Counted from the stretch's first letter, positions 1-17,060 are shown. The stretch: DNA of 64,000 nt from Nitrosopumilaceae archaeon (GCA_965207375.1 CBDBMG010000002.1:32001-96000), one strand, 5' to 3'. The notes: a model not told the origin generated them from the sequence alone. Numbers and translations: made by a program.

Positions 1-329
1 GTATTATTATCCTCGTTATTTTGTTAGACAATTGAAGACCTAGAACCAGACCTAGAACTAGAAACAAGACCTAGAATCAAACTCGACCATTAGCAGCCTG
101 TTTTGTCGATTATTCATTACAATATTTTTTGGCAAACTTAAACAAAAGAGTGGATTATTAACTCATCAAATGTAACTAGCTCTGTGTGTGTGTGTGCGTG
201 CGTGCGCGCATACGTGCGTGTGTGGTGGTGTGATTGGTACCATTGTTAAGAATTTTACCATCAAAATAATCAGTTTTACTGGTGTTGTGAAGGGTGCGTT
301 TTTGTGTAGTGGAGCCAGGAGGGGTCTCT

Positions 330-3300
330 TTCATGTAGCAGCACTATATCAGGTGTACAAAATGTGGCGCCTGGAAGATATACTGCTAGTGAGCCATCAT
401 CAAAAGACAGATTATCTTAATTATAAACTATAACAGTATATGGCTTCAGGTGCAGTGACCATCAAAAGATAAATTATCCAATTAAAAATGACCACACACT
501 TGAGCAATACCTTCATGCCAACAGTAACAGAAACCATTTAGGAGTACATTCCATGACAAACGATATGTTAACTATAGCTATTATAACTGAAGAATAAATG
601 TGTACATAATAAAATTTCCAGTAGATAAATTCTATTGATCAATTTAGTCAAGTTGATTCGGAGGTTTTGGTTACTTCACCAAAGTTGGTCAAAACACAAT
701 TAGATGCTTCTCAACTATCAACAGAGTTGGTTATTCAACCCTCAAACAAAAGCTCCTCAGACAAAACCTCAAACAAAACATTTGTTGTTGTTTTGAAATA
801 TACAGTTCAAGTAATGCGGGTCACAAAGTGGATAGATGTGCAGGTTCAGGAACAATCAACTGTAATTCATCATAGAGCTGATGTTGCACTTTGTTCCACT
901 GATACAGAAATTCCTGAACAGTGTAGTGAGCCTAGTATTCCACAGCATCCTCGCACCAGATAAATTTGCAACAGAGCAACTACTTACCAATGATTGTTCC
1001 AGATAGAAATATGATTGGTAATAAACAGTGTGACTTTGCAGATGGAGTTTGCAGTTGTCAAGAATTGAGTAAAGTGCCACTAATGAATAGGGGAACACAG
1101 CCACAAGTGTTCAGAAAAGGAACTGTAGTTGGTCACTTAGAACCAATTAATATTGTGAGCCGTGATGATCCAATTTGGAAGGATTTTTGGGGAGAGTTAC
1201 CTGATTGCAGTGTTGAAGATGTGGTTAGAATGAGAATCGATTGGATCAGTTGCAACAGCAAATTAAAATAAGTGATCATTGTTCAGAGGCTGAAAAACAC
1301 CAATTACTAAACTGCTTACTTGAAAGAAATGAAGTATTTGCACTTCAGATGAAGAATTGGGAGAAACGGATGTAGTTGAACATACAATCAACACATCTGC
1401 CAGTAAAAGAACCACCAAGAAGATTGCCTTATGCATTAAGGAAACAATTAGAAGAAGAATTGGATAAGCTTCTCAAAATTAATTGTATCGAGCCTACTAA
1501 CAGTCCTTATGCATCTCCATAGTGTTAGTGAGGAAACCAGATGGAAATCTGTGACTTTGTGTGGATTATCGCAGCATTAACAAAGATACTATTTTAGATA
1601 GATATCCTTTGCCACGCGTGGATGAATTGCTAGATGCAATTGGAAATCAAAAGGCAATGTATTTCACAACATTAGACCTAATGAGAGGGTATCATCAAGT
1701 CAAAATGGCTGAAGAGTCTAAAGAAAAAACAGCATTAGTGTGTCATCGTGGTTTATACCAGTATTGTAGAATGCCTTTTGGATTAACCAATGCGCCAGCC
1801 ACTTTTCAAAGGTTAATGGATAAGTTATTCAATGGTTGGAATTTTGTGTTCATATATCTAGATGATATTCTAATTGCTTCCAGAAGTTTTTCAGAACACA
1901 TTACTCATATTATGCAAGTACTCCAAAGACTGCAAGAAGCTGGATTAAAAGTAAAGCCATCAAAATGTACATTGGACAAATAAATTACCTGGGATTTAGT
2001 ATTTTAGCAAAGGGAGTATGTCCTACATTCAAGAATGTCTTAGCTGTTAAGGAATTTCCTTGCCCTACCTCTGTGAAAGAAGACAAAAGATTTTTGGGCT
2101 TAGCAAAACTAGACACTTACAAAACATGGGAATCATTTGTAGACCACTAACAGCACTCACCAGAAAGGACAAACAGACTGGTCAGCCAGTAAAATTTGAA
2201 TGGAGTACCCTGTGTGAGGAATCATTCCAAAAGATTAAAGAGATGTTGATCTCTTCACCTGTGCTAGTCCCTCCTGACCTGGATAAAGAGTTTTTTCTGT
2301 GGGTTGATGCAGGTGAAGATAGATTTGGAACAATAATGGAGCAAAATGGTGAGGATGGCTTGAGACATCCTGTGGCTTATGCAAATAGAGCAACAAATGA
2401 AGCAGAGAAGAAATATCCTCCTACTAAGTTGGAGATGGCAGCAATTGTATTTGCTTTATTAAATCATTTTGAAGTATACTTGATAGGACATAAAATAACA
2501 GTATACACTGATCATCAAGCACTTGTTTCAGGATACATGTCATATATATGAAAGGCCAATCAAAGGGATTATTATCAAGATGGTATTTGAAGATTTCTCA
2601 GTACCTTACCTTTGAACATAAACCTGGTAAATCTAACGAAGCAGCTGATGCATTATCACGAGCACCAGTACCAATGGAAACAGCACCTGATGACATAGGC
2701 ATGGTACTCAACTTATACTGAAGAAACATTACTGCAAAGTATTCGGACTCAACAGAGAAATAATCAATATTACAAAATAATCTGGAGAAGAAAATATTGC
2801 CTACAGATACCAAAGAAGCATAACATATTGCTGCTATAGCAAAGAAAGGATACTTTGTACTAGATGAAATATTGTATTATGAGAGTAGTGATGTACCAGG
2901 TAGACGACGTTTAGTGGTTCCTGAGCAACCAAGGTTGTATCTGAAAATCATGATGCTCTATTTTCAGGACATTTTTCAGCTAAAAAGATGTTACAAAAGT
3001 TAAAACAATATTTTTATTGGCCAGGAATGAGCTCAATGATATTTAAGAAGTGCGAGTCGTGTCTTGTTTGTGCAACAACACAAGGTCAAGAAAGAAGACA
3101 AAAGCTGGAGCTACACAGTGTACCAGTTGGAGAACCTTTTGCTTGTATAGGCATGGATTTTAAAGAGATGGATAAAAGTTTTGATAAGAATCGATTTGCT
3201 TTGGTATTTCAGGATTACCTATCAAAATGGCCGGAGGTCTATCCTGTAGCCGATCAAACTGCATCAACAGTTGCTAAATGTTTAGCAGATCTTATTTATA

Positions 3301-3870
3301 GGCATGGAGTACCATCATGACCGTTCCCCAGAATTTTTAAGTTGAAAGATTTACACTAGTAACCTGTGATTCATAGTGAAACACTTAATTGTGGGCTTGG
3401 GATTTGAAATTTCTGATACTCGACATATGCAGGACACATCAAATGTTCTTGAGCATAAAATTACAAATAATGCCGTAAAGCATTAATTAAATTAATAGTG
3501 CCAATAACATGACATTTCCTATTAATTGAAAATTTTCTATAGATTTCCTGCAGCTTTTTAAGGCAGGAAATTTGACTTTTCCAATGATATAGGTACATAA
3601 GATGTGCCCTGTACTTTAGGATTCATTCAGTTCTAGGTGAACTGTTCTACAATAAAGGAAAGGTGCATAAGAATTCCATATGTCTGATGCAGGCCAGGCA
3701 AAGGAAATTTGATGGCTGCATGTCCTGCATATTTCCTTACCTCGCAGACTATAGGAAATGTCTATATTTTTCCAGTGTTAATAGAACACTAAAAACTATG
3801 TTGTCAAAACTAGTAGTAAACAAAGGACGTGATTGGGACCAAGTGTTAGGACCATTTTTATTTGCGTATC
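330..3870 (+). mobile_element. Degenerate Ty3/Gypsy LTR retrotransposon gag-pol remnant (RT, RNase H, integrase) with stops and frameshifts
   Basis: ORF fragments: RT 1561-1983 (DYRSIN..YPLP, MPFGLTNAPATFQRLM, IYLDDIL); RNase H 2060-2551 (WVDA..HPVAYA..E, VYTDHQAL); integrase 2988-3320 (YFYWPGM..C..C, GMDF, DYLSKWPE, HGVP), resuming at about 3778 (NRTLKTML..DWD..L..FLFAY). Possible zinc-knuckle remnant near 350. No LTRs recognised. Confidence 0.92.
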
Positions 3871-5899
3871 CTTTAGCTACCCATCATTCAATACACAATG
3901 TAAGCATGATTGTTTCACAGATTTCTGCCACATGTGGTATAAATCTTGTCTGTAAACACACAGTACAGTACTATATATAATATGAATTTAGGGAAAATTG
4001 GGGTAACTGCATGCATGGGGCTGGGTTCAAGTGTCAACAGCAAGAATAGATACAGCACATTCATGGACACATTTAACAATATTAACACTTGACACAAGTA
4101 TAACTCTACATCGGTTGCCTATCGCAACAAGAGACAGCATGGCTCTACCAATAAACATACTATCATGTCAGCATATATTAGACATGAATGGCTTCTAATG
4201 GGACACACAATAGCTACGTATATGACTAAATTTTGAAAAACCTACCATCTGCACACAAGTGAAATAATTAGAATATCCAACTTAGCCGCCATATAACTCA
4301 GACCTACAAGCAAACCTTTAAGGGTGAGTGGGTTCAAGTATTTGAATGTTCTTCCTATGAAATTCACACCAATCCAATACAGTGCAGGTTTCAATTACAC
4401 AAGAGCTTCTGCTATGCACATATCATAATGAGTCAAACTGGATGCAAGCCCACCTCATCAATGAGCAACAACTATTAACTGCTGTTAACTGTAAATTATT
4501 AATTGTTAAATATTAAATGTAAATATAAATTGTTAATTGCACACAGTAATCAACAAAATTAATAATCTGTACTAATTCTTGACTGTAATCTGTAAATTAA
4601 CTTAGCTTAGCTAACAGGTCGCAAATCTTCTGTTTGTATAACTTTGGTGGCCCCGGTGATTTTATTGTGTGAGATCTATAGAGATGCTTCCTGTAGGTGG
4701 AAGTACCTTCTTTAATATGTATATTGCAGCCCTGCAGCAACAGTTGAATAAGGTATGCAACAACTAAACTTCTACATATTTACCTGTATGGGGCAATATA
4801 GTGGCAATTCCCACTGCATCATTCTTTTGGCTATTATTTCATTGGATGGAACCTGTTATATTATATCAACAGTAGCTCCAAAATTAGCCTAATATTTACC
4901 ACTGCAGCTGCCTGATGCAGACCCAATATTTTTGCTTTTCCTCTCCGTTGCGAAAGTATTAAACTATAATAATAATAATAATAGTTTACATAACTAAATA
5001 ATATACCACCTGAATGTGATATGAAATGAAATGTACAGGCAACATTTCTTGTTTAGCTACACAATTAGCTACACAATTATATGCAATTAGTAAAAATCTC
5101 ATTGCCAGCACTTACATTGGGTGGGGTAGGTAGTCCCTGAAAGATAATTAAATGAAATAAACTGTCTGTGATTACAGTTACAGAGATGCATGCACATATT
5201 AATTTGAGTGTGCATGTGTATATAGTAACTAGTTAAGTTTATTAGAAATCAATGACACTGTGAGAGATATTTGCATATAATGATATAAATTTTTTTGATA
5301 TCATAGCTACAATAGAAGCCTTCTAAAGTCCATATATTACTGCCAGCAGCATGGGAAGCAATAATGTAGTACACAGTGTACACTTAGTTGACTAGATTGA
5401 TCAATGCAGTAGCTACGTACTCCAATGTAGTTACTCAGTCACAATTAAGTGGTATTTAGCTGATCTGGCCCTTTTAATTTCCTCAGTATATGTATGTTCA
5501 CCTCCAATAATATTCCATGAGCAGACAAAATTTACAGGTATAGCTAAGTTTTGTTGCAAGACCAAGACTTTTATTTTGGATTGTGCACTCAAGGGTCAGC
5601 TATACCTGACAGTAGCTAGTAAGTATAGCTATAGTCTGGCATTGCCACACATGTATGTGCTCACTGAGACACTCCCTGTAAAATATTTAATTGATGGAAT
5701 CTTGCAATGTAGCTAGCTAGCAAGTATCTAAATCTAGTTTTAAGTTAAAATTAAAGTATTACTATAGCTAGTTATTTTCACTTAGCCAAACATTTTGCTG
5801 TATAATAACCACTAGCAAGTGTACCTGCTCTGTCGTGCAGGGTATAGGCTGCATAGCTAAATGCATAGTGTTCCCTAAGCTTGTCAACGCTTAACTACG

Positions 5900-6200
5900 T
5901 AGCTTAAGTCTCCTACCTAGACTACTATATGCCTACCTAGTTTCCTATGCTTTAGTTTTCTAACAGTTCTATGTCACCTAGTCTCCTACGTTACCTAGTC
6001 TCCTATACCTACCTACAGATTCCTAGTCTCTTATGCCTACCTATAAACTCCTATGCATGCATACCTAGTTTCCTAGTTCCCTATACGTTCTACCTATAGA
6101 CTCCTAGTCTCGCTCCTGGTTCCCTATTATAGTTTCCTATGCCATCCTATAGTGTTCTATGTCACTTAGTCTTCTATGCTTACCTATAGACTCTTATAAA
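5900..6200. repeat. Degenerate CCTA-rich minisatellite
   Basis: Repeated imperfect units such as gtctcctatacctacctag and tttcctatgc. Confidence 0.6.
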
Positions 6201-6469
6201 ACTTCATTGTTTAGATTTAACACCTTGTATAGTAGGCTGTACCATAATTAGCAGCCATAAAACCTTGTCTGCATGCCCAGGGGTTTCATTGTTTATTTAA
6301 TGCCTAGTAGGCTGTAACAGCAGCTTTTATTATAGTCTACTGAATAGCCAATGCAGCCATGTATATAGACTTCTATATAATGCTAGTGCTGTTATAGACG
6401 GTCTAGTCTATACCTAAGTAATTGTGTATTCCTGCATGCCACTGTTGAAGTAGCCAGCTGGATTTCTAC

Positions 6470-7010
6470 AATTTCGATCGATGGAAATGCCCACTTATCT
6501 GCTGCAACCGTGGCTTTACCCGTGTTCCAAGTAAGTGTTTTCCTGCATGGTTATTTACATCTGTAGGCAATATGCATTGCTGCATGGCTCTGAATACCAG
6601 TAAATAAATGTTATTACGTGGCGGTCACACATACCTGTAGAAAAACAGCCATAACTCTGTGACCAGATTGGGTACTGACCCCAAGTTTGGATCATTTTGC
6701 TCTTTATTGAATGGTGATTCGTTTGAGCTATGGCATGTTTCCGTGGCTGATGTTTAAGCGAGTCTACACAGATTTTAAAACTTTACATGACCAAAAATGA
6801 TGGCAAAAAGAGCAACACCAGCGTGTCTGAAGTACTCGTGTGCTCAGCAGAGGGGTCTCAGAAACTTTTTAAAACATGCATTCACATGCCAGATACCACA
6901 GCTCTACATAAACCAAGTCCCATGTCGATCCACTGAGCTATTGACATGATGGTCAGACAGACTGACGGACAGACAGACGTCATTTCAGCTTTATATATAT
7001 ATATAGTAGA
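6470..7010 (-). mobile_element. Non-autonomous Helitron-like element, 5' part
   Basis: Minus strand begins TCTACTATATA..AAAGCTGAAATGACGTCTGTCTGTCCGTCAGTCTGTCTG, a TC start followed by a GTCT microsatellite. A similar end occurs at 10749 on the + strand. The left limit is approximate. Confidence 0.55.
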
Positions 7011-8073
7011 AGATAAGTTAATGAAATCTGAAATTTAATAACCTTACAGTAAGCATGATAACACCTTAAGATTTTGTAACTATATAAAACTATATAAGTC
7101 ATTCTTCGAATTACACAAAATGCAAACATAAAATTTAGATATAGCTATTACCTCATTATGCAGATAGCTTCCATCAGTACCTGTTTGGCTACATAAGAAA
7201 GCAAATAACTATTTTTATTAATATATTTACTTACACGTAGCTATGTATATACATTATATAGCATCACAATATATATTTACATTTTGCTTGCATGTACATG
7301 AACAAGATCCTTACCCTTGTGATTCATTTAGATCTTGGTCCTATAAATTGTTGCACATAAAGGCACATAGCTACATACATACACATTCCTACACCAATTT
7401 GTACATATATAGCTACGTAGCTACGGCTACTAGCTATATTGGTGCAGACTTTCAAGGAGTTTCAATTTCTAGTTTATATAGCAATCCACCCTGTAGCTAT
7501 CTACAAGATTAAAGATACATAGCTAGCTATACGTAGCTATTACATGATGCTTCTGTTGCATTATAAAATGATTTTGAGTTGATCATGTATGCCTCACTGC
7601 CAAATATTATTTATCTTTTTAATTGCTATGAGGAGACAGTATTTAGGGGTAAAAGCTTTGTTGCAAGTAGCAAGTTATTATTACCATGCTTGACAGTAGC
7701 CAATCAGCATATAGTCTGGCACTTTATATGTGCTTACAGGGGCACTCCTTCTAAAATATTTATGTAATGTAATATTGCCTATGTAACAAATATCTAAGTG
7801 TAGTTTTTAGTGTAAAGGTATCACAACAACCCATGGATTCTGAAATTCTGGCTGGTTAGTTTGTTTCTCATTGTCAAACATTTTGTTGCACCAAAAATAA
7901 ATATGTGATTAGCTCTGGGAAAACTCTCCACGTTTCACACAGCTTCACTTTTGCCGATTAAATGTAGATGGATCATTGTCTACCGATACGAAAATTTCTA
8001 CAATGTTACATAGAGTGGTAAAGGAGTTATGTGATTTAGTTCCAGTGTGACAAGAAGTACAGCAGTTACTAAC

Positions 8074-10579
<2,506 letters not shown>

Positions 10580-10748
10580 CTGAATATAATATGTACTTAG
10601 CAATAATGCTTCCACCAGAAGTACCCTTACTTGCACAGTAAACACATACACATAGCTATGTTTATTTTATGTATTTATTCAATTTTAGTCACAAAGACAG
10701 GGGTCATACAAAAGGCAACCCAAACATGCGTACATACCAACATCTAGA

Positions 10749-11007
10749 TCTACTATATAAAGCTGAAAAGCCATCTGTCTGTCTGTATGTTTGCAGTTTT
10801 GCTGTGCAGGAGATAACTCAGTAATATCTCCATCAATTGATATCAGACTACATGCCTCAATGTGATAGCAATGTCTATGAGTTTATTTCTAAGACCTGCA
10901 TGTAGTTCAAGCCCAGCTGATTAATCCTAGTGCTAAAGTAGGCCATTTGCAATCATTTTTATATTAAAATCAGTGTAGATTTGCTTCAACATTAGCCTTG
11001 GTAATAT
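10749..11007 (+). mobile_element. Helitron-like 5' end fragment
   Basis: A|TCTACTATATAAGCTGAAAAGCCATCTGTCTGTCTG, the same end type as at 7010. The 3' extent is unclear. Confidence 0.5.
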
Positions 11008-11015
11008 GCTATCAT

Positions 11016-11475
11016 CAGAGTTGGGGGTAACTAGTTACTTTGTAACTAAGTTATGTAATATATTACTTTTAAAGTAACTAAGTAACTTAACGAGTTACAT
11101 TTCTCAAAAGTAATATGTAACTAGTAATAATATTAATTTACTTTTGCAAAGTTTCATAATAAGTTATATTACTTTCCGTATTTTTCTGTGAAAGTCCGTT
11201 TACTGATAGTAATTTCAATAAAACTCCTTTAAAATTGTGTTAGCAATCATGAATAGTGTTACACAGACATATTTTAACTACTTAATATCAGAGAATTGGT
11301 TGCTAAACATGATTTTTACTACAAAACAAGTGAATTTTAATGTAAAAAGTAACTAGTAATATATTACTAGTTACTTATCTGAGAGAGTAATATGTAACTG
11401 TAACAAGTTACTTTTCCTGAAAGTAAATAGTAACTTGTAACTAGTTACTTTTTAAAAGTAACGACCCCAACTCTG
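11016..11475 (+). mobile_element. hAT-type MITE
   Basis: TIR CAGAGTTGGGG..CCCCAACTCTG with an 8-bp TSD, GCTATCAT/GCTATCAC. Confidence 0.9.
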
Positions 11476-11970
11476 GCTATCACTCAAACAAATCAGCACT
11501 TAGTGAGCAATAAAATAGCAGAATATTTTCCAGACTTATAGCTAATTATTTTTATGCACACATGCAACACTCAATTGGGCTCATGTGTAACTTTTATTAA
11601 AAGGAACCATTAGCTACCCAGCCCAAGCATATTTGCTGCAGTTGTAAATAGCTGCTGAGGCACTTATACTTTGAAGTGTCTAAAGCCTGCAATAACAGCA
11701 GAGCCATACATACAGGATAGCTAACCTGCCTAAACTCTATGACTCATGGAAGATAAGTGCATGGGTATATCCTTTGTAATTGCCTTCTTCAGCATGGGCT
11801 GAGTGGCTATAAAGGAGCTAGAAGAGCAGCAACAGGCTAAGAGATAAACAGGTAGCTATACAAATTCAAGTGTTGTCAAACCAATAGATTAAGTTGTTAG
11901 CTGGTATGACCTACTACAAGGCATTAGGTGTTAAACATGAGTAAATAAGTGCATGGTGACTGTACTATAG

Positions 11971-12275
11971 TATGCTAAGCAAAAAAATTTAAAAATGAGT
12001 GAGACCAATCAGAAGCAGCAATGTAAATGGTGGTTATGTGTGACCAAAACTTTGAGGCCAATTGGCATCGAGCTACTTGAATGATACAACAGTTTATTGC
12101 TAGCTATAGGGTATTTTCACCACTGTGATCATGATTGACTTTGAAATAATGCATGGAGGTGCAAAAAAGGTAGCCAAGTGACTGCAAGCCAATCATAGTG
12201 GTGAAAATATACTGTAGCTAGCAATAAACTATTGTCATTCAAGTACGTAATTTTTGGTCACACGTAACCACCATG
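11971..12275. repeat. Decayed long hairpin related to the 13733-14150 palindrome
   Basis: Shares atgctaa.caaaaa, ccaatcagaagc, tacttgaatga, tattttcac and ccaagtgac..gccaatcatag blocks in inverted arrangement. Confidence 0.65.
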
Positions 12276-12536
12276 ATATAAAAGCTATAATCTATAATCA
12301 AGCTATGTAAAGCATGTTTTTTCGTATCGTGTAACTAGTGGATATCAGGCCCCCAATCCCACACCCATTTCTACCCCTTGGTGGGTGGCTATAATAGCAA
12401 CTGTACAGTTATCTATACACTCACATACTTAGGGCACTCCTCACATACTATAGCTATAGCTATGCAATACACTGATGCTTGGGGATTATAAGCCTCATGT
12501 ACTTATTTCTATAGTTATCCTTGTTCCGTAACACGT

Positions 12537-14152
12537 TTTATTATCAAGACTCACGATAGTGAGTCGCGAGGCCAAGAAGAAGCACCCGTACGCGACGAAT
12601 GAGTGAGTTATTTACACGTAGCACCGCTCTGAAATTTGAAAACGCTGTAACTAAGCCGCCACGACAGCTATCGCCTAGTTATTCAGGACTCAGAACGTTC
12701 TAACCATATAGAATTAGTAACCCGACAATGGAGGAAATCGGCGCCACCAATCCTAAGTACCAGCCATTGCGAGTTTTATGGCACCCGTTCGTGCGCCCAC
12801 GCTCGAAAAACCATCCCCTTGGCACCTACTTACTCGTTTACTAAACAAATAGTACCTTCAATGTATGAAGAATCGTTGACCTGAAGTCGTTTGATATTAA
12901 ACTCCTTCCTGTAATCAAAAATATTTTAGGCGCCCGTCGTTTTTTTTTCTTTCTTCTTCTTTCTTTCATTTTCATCGCACACTTTTTGTGCGCTTGCGCG
13001 TGAATTCCGGAATTTCTATTTAAAACACTCACACTTATTTGTCTAATAACTCACTCATTTCTGCATGGATTTCAACCAAATTTGTATCAACACTTCTCCT
13101 ATGTATGCTCTACCAGAAAAACAACTTTCAGCATAAAGCAAATACCTAACTATATTTGAGAGATACTTTTACACTGCATGTTGATAGTTTCCATAACTCG
13201 GACCCCCTCTAAATCATTTGAATAAAATTTCAGATACACAAACTATATTGATACATGAATCTTCAGGATAAGTTTAAAGAAATTGTGACACTTCAGTTTG
13301 TCAAAATTAGCCTTTAATGATCATTCATGCTTATGTGCCATGCAAGATAATTATACCAAACAACACGAGGTGAACAGTGGCCACACATTATAAATAGGAG
13401 ACCACTGTCCTGTTAGCATGCACAAAATTTATTTATAGCATTATAATATATCTTCTCCTGTAGATCAATCAACAGTACAGGACATGATGGCAATGATGTA
13501 GCCTTCATTGAGGTTCTTCACTGTTCTCCACCTATATACATAGCTAACAATTATAGTAATACGTACTTTATATGTTCATTAGCTACTTGAGGGAAATACA
13601 AGCCAAGGAAACACCTAAAGTATTAACTTCCAGCTCCTCTACCCTTTAAATTTTTATTACTCTGCATACTTCATATAAGGTTTCTTGTCAGAACTTGTTT
13701 ATAATTGTAATCCATTTACAAAAAGCAGTGATATGCTAAACAAAAACAGTCTGGCTGTAAAAAAGTGCGAGGCCAATCAGAAGCCACAATGGCTATAAGC
13801 GACCAAAATCTCTGATATCAAGTAAGGCCAAGAAGTTGAACATTTTATTAAGAATCCTTTTACTTGAATGACATACAATAGTTTACAGGGCATTTTCACA
13901 ACTATGATTGGCTTTGTCACTTGGCCACCTTTTTGTACTATCATCTTTTATAAGGTGGCCAAGTGACAAAGCCAATCATAGTTGTGAAAATGCCCTGTAA
14001 ACTATTGTATGTCATTCAAGTAAAAGGATTCTTAATAAAATGTTCAACTTCTTGGCCTTACTTGATATCAGAGATTTTGGTCGCTTATAGCCATTGTGGC
14101 TTCTGATTGGCCTCGCACTTTTTTACAGCCAGGCTGTTTTTGTTTAGCATTT
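12537..14152 (+). mobile_element. Helentron/HINE-like non-autonomous element (family 2) with a giant 3' palindrome
   Basis: Starts in a T-run with a short hairpin GACTCAC-GATA-GTGAGTC. Ends in a palindrome at 13733-14150 (arms about 199 bp, 20-bp loop) followed by TT. Segment 13403-14150 recurs at 31630-32368. Linking the 5' part to the palindrome is inferred from contiguity. Confidence 0.65.
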
Positions 14153-15559
14153 GTAATATACGTATATACTGGGTGAATGTATGACACGTATAGCAAGGCA
14201 CCTAAATATTGTATGAAATGAAGTGTTAGCCTATGAATGTTGACTTGCGTGATTATTAATGCAATATTGGATGATTGAATCCCATCTAACAATCACTAAA
14301 CCTTGAACTAAACACATGTGCAATAGTTAGCAAAACAATAACATACTTTTACGCCCTGACTTGTGGTGTTTATTGTAGGTGCCCGTCTGCTTCAGCTTAT
14401 ATATTTAATATGGTAGTAGCCCTTAGCTAAGGAAATACAGCTGGGGATTCTCATTTCACATCCAATAAAGGTCTTTGTGCTGGATCAACACTGAGTTATC
14501 TCGAGTGCTTGCAATCGATTGTCGCACATACTGAATTTCATAGTTTACAGAGTTTAGAGCTGTCGTACACTAAATATACAAGCAAGCCTTGGATTCACCA
14601 AAGTTTTTTCACAAATATATCAAAAACACTATTTTGCCACAATTTTTACTGTTAAAGTTTTTTGCTGTACTGTAGTTTAAATGTTTTTATAGGCCGTATA
14701 ATATTTAAGCAAGCCCTGTTTGTTTGCTTGCGTGTGGTTAAAAACCGGTTTACTGGCTTATGTCGGTTTTAGACCCAAAGTGTCTAGGCCAGTCTACTGG
14801 TCTATGCGGGTATAAGGGTTAAGAGAATAGTGCCTTTGGAGGGCACTGCGATTGGGTTGCCATGACCTGGAACTGCTCCCATTGCTAACTAGATTCCTTG
14901 TAGTATGGTGTGTCTATGTTGAGTGGCTAGTAGTGTTACTAATGCTCCAATTAATATTTAATGATGTAATTGTTAACCTACACAGTAGTTGTATATGATG
15001 TACAGTGAGAATAAGATATAAATTAAAACCCACAATCAATTCTATTATGTGTGACTATATAAGAACTGAGTAAACCTTTACTAAGTGTATGATGATAAGT
15101 GTACTATGTTGATGTTTGAAATGTCTTAAAAATTTTGCAAGGCCTATAGCTGTTGCTATAAGGGCCTCATGTAATCACAAAACAGTGTGTACATCATTGG
15201 CACATGTGGTAGAGCTTAGCGATACTGCCATTTCATTATCACCATTGATACTCTGTCAAACGTTTACAATATGTATATTTCACGATATTTTATGAGCTCT
15301 CAGGTTTGATGTATTCCTATCATTTTCTTCAAAGTTTATAACACACCTTTTGGCTTTTGATCTGTTTCAATGTATTTATAATAATTAGCTGGAGAAGCTG
15401 AAATACTTTTCAAAATTCAATTTTGAACCTGCTACGTAATGGCAATAACTCTACAGCATCATCAACAATTTTGACTACAGTCATTACAATGGTGATACTG
15501 AAATGACAATATCACTAACTTGTGCAATGATATACACACTATTTTGTGATTCCATTAGG

Positions 15560-15722
15560 ACGTACGTATGTATGTACGTATATATGTATATGTATGTATG
15601 TTTGTACGTATGTATGTATATGTGTACATACATACGTACATACGTATGTACGTATGTATGCACGCACGCATGAACGTATGTATGTATATATGTACGTGTT
15701 ACTCCATATACGTACGTACGTA
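15560..15722. repeat. TACG/TATG low-complexity repeat
   Basis: Direct reading. Confidence 0.85.
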
Positions 15723-15723
15723 G

Positions 15724-15839
15724 GTGATACAATCAGAGACACTAGAGCAACATAAGATACTGGAATAGTTGAACAGCAAGTGTTCAGTATTTCTAGAGGA
15801 CAACTCCAGCATACCAGCCAAGTTGAAGCAATCCTGGAG
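15724..15839 (+). pseudogene. Exon-like segment, possibly spectrin-repeat, with an in-frame stop
   Basis: AG|VIQSETLEQHKILE*LNSKCSVFLEDNSSIPAKLKQSW|GT, with TAG at 15766-15768. Confidence 0.35.
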
Positions 15840-17060
15840 GTATATACGTATATATGTGGCTTAGTGTTATATATCATGATATAACAAATTGTGACCCGGG
15901 ATGAGAAAATAGGGCTTGTGTGCATACAAAATTTGACCATATTTTTAAAATTCAAGCTTAAATCACTTTATAAGTAATCATAGGAGTGTAATAAAATTTA
16001 TACAATTTGGTGAAATTGCCAAATCCCCACTTTTTCCCTTACGTACGTATGTCACGGTTACCTGATATAACGTAAGTCATCAATATTATCAGTTATCGGC
16101 ACATGAAACCAATTATCGATGGAGCAAAAATGGTGGATATTCAGGCAAACACGTTTGTTTGTGTGAAATCTTCTGAAACTTGCCAATAAGGAAAAGTTAT
16201 AGCTAAGTTTGTTATCAATTTAAAAACGAGTTATAAAAGAAATGGGTTGGTTGTTTCGTTGGTTTCTTTTGCCTGCCTGAAAAAACTTGCCAATACAAAA
16301 TAGCTATATCGATGAATAAGTTTGCTAACCAATATGAAAATGTGTTCTAAAAAGAAACGGGCTCAAAAGTTGGTTGTTTTCTTGGTTTCTGTCACCATCC
16401 TGTGATGACCGCATATGTATTGCTATCCTTTGTTCGAAAGTGGATCAAAAACAGTTCCGTGAACAATCGCTTTATGCAGGAAAGATATAAAACTAATATG
16501 TATGTAAGTACAAAAATAACAGTAAGGTTGATTTTTCTTACAACGATAATTGATGTACTGCTGGCTATGACAACTGATAATTAGCCTATGCGGAAACAAT
16601 AACTGATGCAAGCTACAATAATTGATTTCACACAAAATATTTAGGTTGCGTTTATTACATTATCGATTTGTTTTGTGGGAATTATACGTCATTGCATTAT
16701 TTTACGTATATATTCTACTTGTATCGAGGCTACTGTGTGTTCTATAAAGTGTTTTAATGGCTGAAAAATCGTATAGTTTTTTCTGCGAATTAATCGGTAA
16801 CTAACACTATGTTAATGCTTGAATACTACGTACATAACAATTGGTCTAATATGTGTACATTTCTACTACAAAAATGTCAGGACATAGCTACGTATGTATC
16901 TATGCATATAATTTAATTATGCTAGTATAAAGAGTATACATATACGTATACGTATGACCAGGCCCGATAAAATCAGTCTTATCTACACAAAATACACCTA
17001 TTTATATCTATCTCTCTGTGTATGCTGTACCTTTTACTCAATTCCTTAGGAAATTTTATG

